Assembly: GCA_903844845.1 (NCBI GenBank)
Contig: CAIMVG010000021.1
Span: forward strand, 6,785 to 70,784
DNA from: an uncultured Dehalococcoidia bacterium
GTDB taxonomy: Bacteria; Chloroflexota; Dehalococcoidia; Dehalococcoidales; UBA1222
DNA length: 64,000 nt
Direction: 5' to 3'
The position numbers were made by a program, and so were the translations under genes. The notes beneath the pieces are model-generated. The model was not told the DNA's origin. It made no database searches and saw only the letters and a program-made list of their open reading frames with translations. Positions 1 through 8,991 of this stretch are shown here, one piece after another; the stretch's first letter is position 1; every line of letters begins with the position of its first letter.

Positions 1-519
1 GCCGAAGTGCTCAGGCGGATGGGGCGACCGACGAATACCGACTGGGTTTACAAGACTCTTGCCAAAATGAGGAACACCATACCGGGGATTGCTCTCCGCA
101 GCACTTTCATCGTCGGTTATCCCGGCGAGACTGAAACCGAATTTAAAAACCTGCTGGATTTCATCGAAGATATCCGTTTCGACAAGCTGGGGGCGTTCAA
201 GTTTTCGAAGGAGGCAGGCACCGCCGCCGAAGCGCTGGGCGATACTGTTCCCGAAGAAGTGAAGCAGGAACGCCTCGACCGCCTGATGGAAAAACAGCAG
301 GCTATCTCCCTCGCGTGCAACGAGGCTTTCGTGGGGCGCGACCTGAAAGTATTGATAGAGGGCGCGGGCGAGGGAATATCCATCGGCCGCAGTTACCGCG
401 ACGCACCCCAGGTTGACGGGCTTGTTCTGGTAAAAGGTGAAATCGCCGCCGGCGAGATGATTGATGTCCGAATCACCGGGGCCACGATTTACGACCTCGA
501 GGGTAAAGTCCGGGAATAA
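1..519 (+). CDS. rimO: Ribosomal protein S12 methylthiotransferase RimO, C-terminal part (5' end outside window)
   Basis: Frame open from the window edge. Shows the radical-SAM methylthiotransferase C-terminal half (STFIVGYPGETETEF, FKFSKEAGTAA) and a TRAM-like C-terminal domain. Stop TAA at 517-519. Confidence 0.75.
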   Translation, partial: AEVLRRMGRPTNTDWVYKTLAKMRNTIPGIALRSTFIVGYPGETETEFKNLLDFIEDIRFDKLGAFKFSKEAGTAAEALGDTVPEEVKQERLDRLMEKQQAISLACNEAFVGRDLKVLIEGAGEGISIGRSYRDAPQVDGLVLVKGEIAAGEMIDVRITGATIYDLEGKVRE

Positions 520-528
520 GCCGGTGTC

Positions 529-550
529 ATCCCGGCGCGATAGCCGGGAT
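529..550 (+). terminator. Stem-loop just after the rimO stop (ATCCCGGC-gcgata-GCCGGGAT)
   Basis: Perfect 8-bp inverted repeat read directly from the sequence. No clear T-run follows, so terminator function is uncertain. Confidence 0.35.
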
Positions 551-677
551 CCAGAGCCGATTTTCATTCCTGGTCATCTGCCAGGACTGCTATTTTCGAC
601 CTCGAAGGTGAAGCCCTGATGTAGGGAAGTTTCGTTCGGACAACAGGACGTGGGGGATCGGGTCAATATTATGTGCG

Positions 678-1289
678 TTAATTCAACACTGTAAAAGTCT
701 GAAGCAGGTGGTCGTAGTCTCCCTGTGTAACTGCTTTTAGAGAAACATCAGAAGTCATGTCCAGTTCTATTATCAGGCTTTTATACATAAAGCAAGTGAT
801 GCGGTAGTAAGCCGGGCCCGTTGGGCTTCCTGAACCGGAACCTGAATCGATCGCTGTAAAAGAGGCACCTGCGGCGATTTGGCCGTCGACGGTGGTGGCC
901 GTTTTTTTATCGAGAGTGAAATCAGTGAGGACTCCCTGGGCATTGGTTAACAGGGTGTCAACAGTTGCTGTAGCAGTTAAAAGGTCAGCGCTCGCGGGCC
1001 AAACATATACATATATCTCGCTGATCGCATCTCCGATCCTGGCTCCGAGGCCGATTGTAGTATAGGCAGAATCAGAAGTATTGCTTAAATCTATGCGGAT
1101 TAAAGAATAGGACGAAGGGTATTCGAAACTGAACCCTTGAACGCCCTCTTTGATGCTGAATGTTTTAGTGCCACTCGAACCGCAGCCCGCCGCGAATACG
1201 AGCATCGTCAAAACGATGACTTTCCCGGCGAGTTTGAGGTATTCACTGGTTTTTTTCAAAGCATTATCCAATTGTCGAGCCGTAAACAT
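678..1289 (-). CDS. Putative lipoprotein, unknown function
   Basis: 203-aa ORF with an N-terminal hydrophobic segment ending in the lipobox-like LVFAAGCGSS. It is the last gene of the oxidase-strand cluster. A PsbP/DcrB-like fold is only a guess. Confidence 0.55.
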   Translation of the reverse strand: MFTARQLDNALKKTSEYLKLAGKVIVLTMLVFAAGCGSSGTKTFSIKEGVQGFSFEYPSSYSLIRIDLSNTSDSAYTTIGLGARIGDAISEIYVYVWPASADLLTATATVDTLLTNAQGVLTDFTLDKKTATTVDGQIAAGASFTAIDSGSGSGSPTGPAYYRITCFMYKSLIIELDMTSDVSLKAVTQGDYDHLLQTFTVLN

Positions 1290-1315
1290 GATAAGCCCGA
1301 GAGATTCACAAGATG

Positions 1316-1897
1316 CTATTTAGGCCAGATGCCCGTGTGAGCATAAGCTATGGCGATATGTGCGACGAATGAAAATATCCATGGCCACCACCAGAAGCTG
1401 TGATGAGAGTATACCCATTTTATCCACTTGTTTTCCAAAGGGCTTTTACCGGTGAAGAAATTCCAGAACGGGTTAAGCAGCCGGCATGAAAAGATTACCA
1501 GACTGAAGAAAATCAGCGAACTGAAAGCAAATCCGAGTATCCACCAGTGTACCGGTGCATCAGGGTCCCCGGATTTTGGAAACCCGGTATGAAAAAATGC
1601 CGTCATGATGTGGAGGATTGCGATGGTAATGAATGCCCACCACGTAAAGAAATGCCCGTCATAGAAGGCTTTGTAAACGCGTGATTTCAGAGGGTCCTTG
1701 TGCAGTCTGCGAAAGATAACAGGTATAACGCGGCAGGACGCGAATACTGCGAACGCGGATAGAAACGTCAGTATTCCCAGTATGATGGCCAGTCTCTGGT
1801 TATAGAGGCTGCCGGGCGAGGTTGAGCTGATGTCACTCAACCTCGCCTGACTCTTTGAAAATAGCGAGATTAGGCTATCTGAAGAATACGACTGCAA
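1316..1897 (-). CDS. His/Trp-rich ~4-TM membrane protein, unknown function (possibly heme-b binding, DUF4405-like)
   Basis: 193-aa ORF with four hydrophobic segments carrying conserved-looking His residues (HIMTAFFHTG, VHWWILG, AHIAIAYAHTG). It overlaps the upstream ORF by 23 nt in the oxidase operon. Confidence 0.5.
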   Translation of the reverse strand: MQSYSSDSLISLFSKSQARLSDISSTSPGSLYNQRLAIILGILTFLSAFAVFASCRVIPVIFRRLHKDPLKSRVYKAFYDGHFFTWWAFITIAILHIMTAFFHTGFPKSGDPDAPVHWWILGFAFSSLIFFSLVIFSCRLLNPFWNFFTGKSPLENKWIKWVYSHHSFWWWPWIFSFVAHIAIAYAHTGIWPK

Positions 1898-2138
1898 ATT
1901 GCCTCCAGTGCATTATCAGGTAGATGATTGCCCAGATTATTATTGTAGAGATGACGACCAGTGCGATCGCTGGGGTGCCTCCATGCCCTTCCTGCACGAC
2001 GCCCCCAAAAGTCTCTGCATGAGCCTGGGTGTCCTCCACAGAATAGCCTTGCCCCGCGCGGACTGCCAGGTAGGTTAATAGGCTCACGATCCCCATTATC
2101 AGAAGGACGAACCAGGCGAGGTGGACGTTGCTACTCAT
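1875..2138 (-). CDS. Small 2-TM membrane protein in the oxidase operon, unknown function
   Basis: 87-aa ORF with two hydrophobic helices. It shows a 4-nt ATGA-type overlap with the ccoS-like ORF. Confidence 0.5.
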   Translation of the reverse strand: MSSNVHLAWFVLLIMGIVSLLTYLAVRAGQGYSVEDTQAHAETFGGVVQEGHGGTPAIALVVISTIIIWAIIYLIMHWRQFAVVFFR

Positions 2139-2329
2139 TTCTTTTTATCACCCTCCTTCAACCTGTCAGTAGGGTTTTTCGTTTCGTTGGCGTCGTCAGG
2201 GAACATGCTGTATTTGGCCTCTTCTATATTTTTGAATTGCCCGCTGCGTATGCCCCAGATTAAAAATCCCAGGAAAATTGCGAAGATGAGCGCTGTCTCG
2301 ATTGTTTGGGCTATTGTCGCTTCATCCAT
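2135..2329 (-). CDS. ccoS: cbb3-type cytochrome oxidase maturation protein CcoS/FixS-like
   Basis: 64 aa with a single TM followed by WGIRSGQFKNIEE...FPDD. This matches the CcoS hallmark W..RSGQFDD...DD recalled from the family. It starts 4 nt after the oxidase stop. Confidence 0.65.
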   Translation of the reverse strand: MDEATIAQTIETALIFAIFLGFLIWGIRSGQFKNIEEAKYSMFPDDANETKNPTDRLKEGDKKK

Positions 2330-2333
2330 ATAT

Positions 2334-5135
2334 TTATCCTTTAAAGTTTTGTGCGAAAGAGTCTGTATATAACGGTGCCCACTTGGTATAGTCGGCTGGA
2401 GCCGCGAAGGTCTGCACGTAGAAAACCAGCTGCGCCATGTCGGTGGAGGTAAAAGCGTATTTCCACGGCGGCATGTTGGTCGTTTCCACGCCTTCGCTTA
2501 TCTTCCATAACCAGCGCCCATAGTTTTGGAAATCATGGTTGCTCTCTTCGAAGTTGGCCGGCTGCGGGTTGATGTAGCCGCCCGCGGCAGCGATTGAGGC
2601 CGGTCCGTCGCCGTGGCCCAGGTCCCCATGGCACTGGGCGCAATACAGGTTGAAGAAAGATTGGCCCTTCAGGTAATCGGCTTGCGTGCCGGCGATCTGA
2701 GGGGTTGGATGCTGGGTGGCGTCGAAGTTGTCGCCTTCAGCGTCCGACACGTCTCCGGATATTGTTCGGACGGCGCCGGCTTTGAAGCTTTCCTCGTAGC
2801 TGGAGATGAGCCATATGTCCGTGTCGCTTGTAGAGATTCCCCAGGCCGGCATGCCGGTTCCGGGCACCCCTTCATGGATGCGCCAGTAATGGAAAGCGTC
2901 CTGGTTTACAGGATAGTTGATAACCCGTTCGTGGATGTTTGCCGGGCGGGTGACCACCTGGCGTGCGTAGGCTCCCTGCCCGTTGCCTGAACAACCATGG
3001 CATGAAGAACATTTCTCAAGGAAGAGTTGTTTCCCCATATCGAATATATCGCCCCATGCCTTACCGGCCGCCGGATCGCCCGAATAGACCTGCTGGACCG
3101 GGTCGTAACCGGGTATGACCTCGGCCAGGACTGCAGTATTTGGATTTGCCTCGTCCGCGAATTGTGACGGTACCAATGGCTGGAAGGCCTGCGTATCCAG
3201 GTTTTCGGTGCCTAACCCCTGGATATATGATACAAGGTCCGAAAGCTGGTTTGCGGAAAGGAAATCGAATTCAGGCATTATTGAACTCGGGGAAACTGAT
3301 CGCGGGTTGGCGTCATGCTGGATATGCCATTCAGTGGGTCTCTTGCCCCCGATCTGCCCGAGTGATGGTCCGGTACGTTCGGTTCCCAGGAAGTTAGGGA
3401 CTGAATAGTAAAAGTCCCCGCTTTCCGATACCGTTCCCATCGCCCAGTCCTGGGTACGTATGAACTGGTTATGGCAGTACTCGCATCCGAGGGTCCTGTA
3501 CAGTGCTTCCCCGCGAGTTTGCTGGGCTGTGAGCGGTTGAGCCAGGGCGCTGGGGATATTGTCGGTGTACATATAAGGCATCGCCACCACCATGAAAGTC
3601 ATTATCAGGAAAAGCGAAAATCCGCCGGCGGAGACCGCAGGAAAACCCAGTGTTTGCTGGCTGCGGCGCTGAAATGCAGATTCGGCGAGCGAGGTTTTCG
3701 CCATTATCGGTTCTATGGCAGGTTCTGTTTCATCGTAAGGCTCGCGTGATTTCCATAGTGTCATGAAAAAGTTGTACGCAAGGACGAAAGCCGAGAGCAC
3801 TACAAGACCGCCGCCGATAGCGCGGATGACGAGCCAGACTTTGAGGGTGGGAAGTGTTTCCACCACATTGATATGTGCCCACCAGTTGGCGTTTTGTTGC
3901 AGTCCGGCTCCCGACATCCCGATGAAGAATATCGCGAAACCGATCATAGCCAGCCAGAAATTGAAGCTCATTATTCGCTTACTGTAGATTTTAAAGCCGG
4001 TTATCCGGGGGAGGACGTAATATATGGCAGCAACGCTCAAAAACCCGAATGCACCCAGTATCGTAAGATGCGAATGGCCTACCGGCCATTGGGAGAAATG
4101 GAGGAAAGCGTTGGTGGACGGCATGCCCTGTAAGGATCCCTGGAACGAGCCCAAGGTATATGCCAGTACTGCAAAAACCACGAAGGCCAGCGGCACGTTC
4201 TGGAAGACTTTGTTCCATGAACCACGGAGGGTCAGCAGGATGTTTGTTATGAAAGCGAACACGGGTACCACCATGAGGCCGGTCATTATGACTGCGCTGG
4301 TTTTCAGCCAGTCTGGTATGGGAGCCTGGAGAAGGTGATGCCCTCCTACGCCCGTGTACCAAAGGGCCAATGTGAAAAACGTTACCAGAGAGAGCAGGTG
4401 AGAATAGATCGGGCGTTTGAGGAGGCGTGCGATAAAAAAATACATTGAGCCGACACCCATTGTGGTGAACCAGAAAGCAAGAACATTGTGGCCGTAATAC
4501 CAGTTGAAGATTGAGTCGACGGTGCCGTTTAGTGCGCCCATCGGGGGGCGCCACATCACGTTTCCGATGAAATACACGACGGGGAAGGCCAGGAAAGTCA
4601 CTCCGTAGTACCAGAGGGAAGAGAACATCTTCTTCTCGGCGCGGTGGATGATATTATTGAAAACGATGTATGTTATGGTCAGCAAAGCGATCTCTACGAA
4701 GACATCGTTTATCCATGGGAGTTCGGCGTATTCCCTGCCCTGGCTGGAAAACCAAGGTCCAAAACCGAAAAGAATGCCGATGATGCCGATCAGCAGGTTA
4801 ACGTTCCAGAGCACAGCAGCCCATTTGGCCAGGTTCGCTTTGCGAAGAGGGGCCTTACAAAGCCGCGGGATCACATAAAACATAGCTCCTATTAGGCCGG
4901 AAGAAACGAACCCAAAGAGCACTCCGTTCACGTGGGCCGGACGTACCCGGCCGAACGAGTCCCAGGCGGCGTTGCCAAGAAAGCCCGGTTCGAAGAACTT
5001 TATTGCAAGTATCAATCCGAAAAGAGTCAAAAATGGGAACCATAAAGCTGCGGATATGAGCCACCATTTTACGGCCCGGTCTCCTTCTTTAAGGGTTTCT
5101 CTTTCTTTTTGGTATTCGCTCACGGTCTCAACCAT
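2334..5135 (-). CDS. ccoN: Fused cbb3-type cytochrome c oxidase: CcoN (catalytic) + CcoO (monoheme c) + CcoP-like (diheme c) in one 933-aa polypeptide
   Basis: The N-terminal ~470 aa carries CcoN motifs (FGRVRPAHVNG, NWYYGHNVLAFWFT, GGHHLLQAPIPDW, GHSHLTILGAFG). A TM anchor follows, then three CXXCH sites (CEYCH, CSSCH, CAQCH). SD GGAGG lies upstream. Confidence 0.85.
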   Translation of the reverse strand: MVETVSEYQKERETLKEGDRAVKWWLISAALWFPFLTLFGLILAIKFFEPGFLGNAAWDSFGRVRPAHVNGVLFGFVSSGLIGAMFYVIPRLCKAPLRKANLAKWAAVLWNVNLLIGIIGILFGFGPWFSSQGREYAELPWINDVFVEIALLTITYIVFNNIIHRAEKKMFSSLWYYGVTFLAFPVVYFIGNVMWRPPMGALNGTVDSIFNWYYGHNVLAFWFTTMGVGSMYFFIARLLKRPIYSHLLSLVTFFTLALWYTGVGGHHLLQAPIPDWLKTSAVIMTGLMVVPVFAFITNILLTLRGSWNKVFQNVPLAFVVFAVLAYTLGSFQGSLQGMPSTNAFLHFSQWPVGHSHLTILGAFGFLSVAAIYYVLPRITGFKIYSKRIMSFNFWLAMIGFAIFFIGMSGAGLQQNANWWAHINVVETLPTLKVWLVIRAIGGGLVVLSAFVLAYNFFMTLWKSREPYDETEPAIEPIMAKTSLAESAFQRRSQQTLGFPAVSAGGFSLFLIMTFMVVAMPYMYTDNIPSALAQPLTAQQTRGEALYRTLGCEYCHNQFIRTQDWAMGTVSESGDFYYSVPNFLGTERTGPSLGQIGGKRPTEWHIQHDANPRSVSPSSIMPEFDFLSANQLSDLVSYIQGLGTENLDTQAFQPLVPSQFADEANPNTAVLAEVIPGYDPVQQVYSGDPAAGKAWGDIFDMGKQLFLEKCSSCHGCSGNGQGAYARQVVTRPANIHERVINYPVNQDAFHYWRIHEGVPGTGMPAWGISTSDTDIWLISSYEESFKAGAVRTISGDVSDAEGDNFDATQHPTPQIAGTQADYLKGQSFFNLYCAQCHGDLGHGDGPASIAAAGGYINPQPANFEESNHDFQNYGRWLWKISEGVETTNMPPWKYAFTSTDMAQLVFYVQTFAAPADYTKWAPLYTDSFAQNFKG

Positions 5136-5177
5136 GTTTGCCTCCTGCCGTTCGCTTCAAATCTTCGGATATCCCTG

Positions 5178-5969
5178 TCACTTGATTGTAACGGTGATTT
5201 TTGAGACGACCCCGGGTGTCAAAGGGGTATCGTCGTCGTTGACAAGTTCGATACTGAAGGTATGGGTCCCTGTCGTCACGTTATGCCAGGTATAAGTTGT
5301 ATCCGATGTGCTGAAGGAGGTGTCTGTTATTGCAGGGTTTCCCGGGTCCGCAGAGGCTTCCTCATCCATGAAATATATGATGTGCCCCTCGCCCGGCGCA
5401 GGTGTTTGCCTGGTGGGTGCGACGAGTAATAAATTATTGGATTCTACCGATATGATGACGTCTCCGGGAGGTAACTGCCCGCCATCGCGTGGAAGGAGTA
5501 TAACGGCCCTGGGATTGCCCAGTTCAGGGACCACCAGGACTTGCTTCGTGGCTATTATTGGAGGGTTCAACGGCGTGTTGTCGTTATTCACCAGTTCAAC
5601 GGATATTGAGTGGGCACCGCTGCCGACGTTGGGGAATGTATAAGTCGTGGATGCTGTTGTAGTCCAGGTTCCCGGCGCGGCCCCTGCCGGAACTCCCTGG
5701 GTGGTTGAGGCATCTGCGTCGAGATAATAATGCAGGTGTCCTTCGCCCGGTACCGCAGCCTGGCCCTGCTTGTCGGCAATGGTAAAGTTTGTGATGGAAA
5801 CCGCGATAGCCAGGTCTCCTATCGAATATACATTGGTGGGAGGGGCCAGGAAAGTGATTTTAGGGGCGAGTTCCGCTGCTGTGGCACAGGATAAAAAGAA
5901 AGAAGCTTGTAGTAAAAATAACGTGAGCACCATAAACGACATCTGAGGGTTAATGCGTTTGTGTCTCAT
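5178..5969 (-). CDS. Secreted protein with two tandem ~110-aa domains, each with a PGEGH(L/I) motif (DUF4399-like), unknown function
   Basis: Signal peptide present (LTLFLLQASFFLSCATAA). Internal duplication is visible: PGEGHLHYYLDADAS ... SISVELVNNDNTPL versus PGEGHIIYFMDEEAS ... FSIELVNDDDTPL. It lies 42 nt upstream of the oxidase gene. Confidence 0.6.
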   Translation of the reverse strand: MRHKRINPQMSFMVLTLFLLQASFFLSCATAAELAPKITFLAPPTNVYSIGDLAIAVSITNFTIADKQGQAAVPGEGHLHYYLDADASTTQGVPAGAAPGTWTTTASTTYTFPNVGSGAHSISVELVNNDNTPLNPPIIATKQVLVVPELGNPRAVILLPRDGGQLPPGDVIISVESNNLLLVAPTRQTPAPGEGHIIYFMDEEASADPGNPAITDTSFSTSDTTYTWHNVTTGTHTFSIELVNDDDTPLTPGVVSKITVTIK

Positions 5970-6349
5970 CTTTCACCTCAAAGCCTATAACGTATATTCA
6001 GGATCGAAGCATTTTTTTAATTGCTATCTCATATATTAGACAGGATAATTGAAATAAACAATTGCTTGCTGCAGAATAATATTAAATATTTATTACAAAA
6101 ATCCCAGAGCTGGGCACGAATTGCAGTGATAGGTGGTATCTTTTAAGGTTGTCATCTGCGCAAAAAGTGATGGTCTTGAAAATATGAAATTTTTTTGAAA
6201 TTCTTTTAGTTGAACTCGACCATTTTCGATTTCGTTTTTGTTATACTTTTTTAACTTAAGAAATATGAATTTTATTTTTACGTAATGCTCTGGGTGATAA
6301 TATTCGGCAATTTCCCAAGGGTAGAGACACAGATAGAAAGGAGATAAAA

Positions 6350-6811
6350 ATGCAATACATCGTCGATTTTAATAATGTGTCTACGGTTGGTTTAGAGTCT
6401 TCGCCCGTAGCAAGCGCGCTTGCTGGTTTGCGTGCCAATGAAGCCCGCTACTTCATGAACAAATACCAGCATCCCTTTACTGTTGTGCCGGCTGGCGAAA
6501 GCCGGGAGGCCCTTAACTATGTGAATCGGGTCTTAAAAGAAGAACGCGGCATCGAGCTAACGGCTAAGCCTTTGGAAACGGCGCGTTTCCAGGTGGACAA
6601 CATCAGATTCGCCTACGTTATCTACCAGGACGGGCTTGTACTGAATGTTATGTATACGGTTGATGACCCGAAGAAACGGGCTGTCGGTTTCAAGCTTTCC
6701 GAGGGGATGGAGATACCGAAAGAGTTGGGGAAGTTTAAATTCGCCAGGCAGAAATCTAAACTGGCCGGAACTATCCGGGGGTCTTTTTTCGTGATCAAAA
6801 ACGTGTATTAA
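6350..6811 (+). CDS. Hypothetical protein (153 aa)
   Basis: Good SD (AAAGGAGATAAAAATG). No family recognised. It is preceded by a 380-bp AT-rich divergent promoter region. Confidence 0.6.
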   Translation: MQYIVDFNNVSTVGLESSPVASALAGLRANEARYFMNKYQHPFTVVPAGESREALNYVNRVLKEERGIELTAKPLETARFQVDNIRFAYVIYQDGLVLNVMYTVDDPKKRAVGFKLSEGMEIPKELGKFKFARQKSKLAGTIRGSFFVIKNVY

Positions 6812-6887
6812 GCCAAAGATCTCCCGGTATCATTAGCCAGCTTCGGTTATTGCCGGGAACGGATTGCCGTTAAATCAGAGATTTATT

Positions 6888-8873
6888 TTATTGTGTTTGT
6901 TCTGCCATACGCCGCTTTGACCGTTTTAGAACATTTAAAAATGCCAGGACGATGACCACGGCAATCAGCACCGCAAAACCTGTCCCGATAATGACCCAGT
7001 TATATGAAAAATTGGCTGTCAGGGTTACTGGTGAATCCAAAACGATGGATGTAGTTTTATCGTTACTTGAACCTGCCCCGGTCCATCCGGTAAACGAGTA
7101 TATGAAAGATTTAGGTTTGGCCGCGAGTTCAACGGTTGTTCCTTGCGGTGCGAAAATAGTTTTGGATGGCGCGTCCCCTGTCTCACCGTTTGTGGCTCCT
7201 GCCGAATAAGAAACGGACCCCTTGCCCGAAGTCGTGATCGTAAGCCCTGGATAGAAAGTTGCGGTTTCCATTAACGGGGCATTCACGATCACGGAAGCGC
7301 TGCTGTCAGTGCCTGAATAGCCACCCTGCCCTGAACCGGTCCATCCCTCGAACTTCCATCCCTGGTCGGCTGCCGCAGCAGACTCGAAGGCCGTGCCGGA
7401 ATTGAACCACCCGCTTCCAATCGATATCGAGCCTCCCGAAGCGGGACTGAGCGCAGTCGTGACATAAAACTGATGGCTATAGGCAGCAACGACACTGCCG
7501 GTCGCCGAAACCGTACCCGTCGCCGGGTCTGCGGTCCATCTCTCGGAAGAAGACGATCCGGTCAAAGGGTTGGAAAAGCTGTACGGGGCCGCGTCTGCCC
7601 AGGTTTGTGAACCCATCGCCGGAGTGATCTGGCTTCCGAATTGCTGGCAGGTCAAAGCCGGGGGAGAATAGCCCGTTCCACCTCCGATGACACTGAAATC
7701 AAATGTCACCTGGTACTGGTGATAAAACACTATATTTATCGTCAAAGGCGAGATGGCCGTGCCCGCGGTAGCCTGCAAGGCCTGCCATCTTTCTGCTGCG
7801 GACGAGGACACGGGGTTGGTGATGCTCCAGGTCGAACCCGAGTCGATCGTGAATGTCTGGTTGGATGTGCTTAAAGTCGCGGTTTTCTGGGTTCCTCCGG
7901 AGATGTAGGTCAGCACCGGAGCAGAAACAGCGCCGGTTCCCCCTGAGATGGAATAGGCGAACGTCAGCGCGGCAGTCGATGCCGCGGACGGGATTCCTGA
8001 CAGGCCGCCGGTGACGAACTGGGTGGCGTTGATGGACTCGGTCGCCCCGTTGGAAGTCAGAGTTTGGAACTTTGTGGGATTTGTAAAAGTGAGCGGAGAA
8101 GGTGTGGAGGCGGAAAACACCTGTCTCACGCTGCCATTTTGGGAGATACCGATTTCATCGATCCACAACCAGGCCGAAGGAATCGCGGGCCCGTTGTCGT
8201 AATAGGTTACATTTTGCTCATCCCCGTAATAAGGTGCGGTATGGTACCATTCCGTCATCAACCCGGTCCAGAACCCTGCTTTGCTTGCCACTGAAGACGG
8301 GTTCCCGAGAAACGTTGTTGCCCCGGCCGCGGTGTAGGTTTGCTGGGCATGGGCCCCGGTGTTCTGGTCGCTGCCGTTCATGATTACATTGCCGTTGGAG
8401 AAACTCAGGCTCAGAGTGATCAAGTCGCCATTATTCACGGGTGAAAACGGTGCAATCCCCCCGCCGCCGTCAGTCGGGAAAATTGAATTACCCGAGGGGT
8501 TGAAGACTTCGTAACTTAACTGAAATCCCGACCCCTGGCTCCAATTGTATGACAGCCCGACCTGGTACCAGTAACCTGTGTTCCCCAGACCATTTACCAG
8601 GTAAGCCGGGCCATAGCCGTCTGTGCCAGATTGTGCGACAGCTGTGATGTTATAAGATAGCGAGGGCATGTCCTGTGTAAAGGTACAGGCTATTTGCTCG
8701 TCGTAGATATAAGAAGCCTGCGGCCTCGTGAGGTTATAGCCGGCGAGCCTGGGCAGGATTGAAAGTGAGGCGGGTTGGCTTGCTTGTAACGGGATAGTCA
8801 GGCCGATACTGGCCGCTAAAAGAACTACCGCTGTGAGCGATATACATGCACGGAATATCCTGTTATTTCTCAC
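6888..8873 (-). CDS. Large secreted surface protein with a C-terminal TM anchor and InlB-B-repeat-like domains
   Basis: 661 aa with an N-terminal signal peptide. The N-terminal domain is Y/W/G-rich (GYWYQVGLSYNW, MTEWYH). Two C-terminal F-x-GWTG repeats are present (KFEGWTGSG..., FTGWTGAGS...). A terminal hydrophobic helix is followed by KRSKRR. Confidence 0.65.
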   Translation of the reverse strand: MRNNRIFRACISLTAVVLLAASIGLTIPLQASQPASLSILPRLAGYNLTRPQASYIYDEQIACTFTQDMPSLSYNITAVAQSGTDGYGPAYLVNGLGNTGYWYQVGLSYNWSQGSGFQLSYEVFNPSGNSIFPTDGGGGIAPFSPVNNGDLITLSLSFSNGNVIMNGSDQNTGAHAQQTYTAAGATTFLGNPSSVASKAGFWTGLMTEWYHTAPYYGDEQNVTYYDNGPAIPSAWLWIDEIGISQNGSVRQVFSASTPSPLTFTNPTKFQTLTSNGATESINATQFVTGGLSGIPSAASTAALTFAYSISGGTGAVSAPVLTYISGGTQKTATLSTSNQTFTIDSGSTWSITNPVSSSAAERWQALQATAGTAISPLTINIVFYHQYQVTFDFSVIGGGTGYSPPALTCQQFGSQITPAMGSQTWADAAPYSFSNPLTGSSSSERWTADPATGTVSATGSVVAAYSHQFYVTTALSPASGGSISIGSGWFNSGTAFESAAAADQGWKFEGWTGSGQGGYSGTDSSASVIVNAPLMETATFYPGLTITTSGKGSVSYSAGATNGETGDAPSKTIFAPQGTTVELAAKPKSFIYSFTGWTGAGSSNDKTTSIVLDSPVTLTANFSYNWVIIGTGFAVLIAVVIVLAFLNVLKRSKRRMAEQTQ

Positions 8874-8991
8874 ATCCGGCCTCGGCAGCTTGTTTTGGTT
8901 CTTTTCATGCCCTATCCGTTCCTGTACCGCCTTGATGATGATATTAAACCCGGGTTTGGGGAGATCGAGGGGGTCCCTCTTTTCCTTAATT

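Noticed and set aside
6047-6063. Palindrome AATTG-N7-CAATT upstream of the oxidase operon, considered as a possible FNR/CRP-type box.
   Set aside because: The spacing (TTG-N7-CAA) is one nt short of the FNR consensus TTGAT-N4-ATCAA. The region is very AT-rich, so such palindromes are expected by chance.
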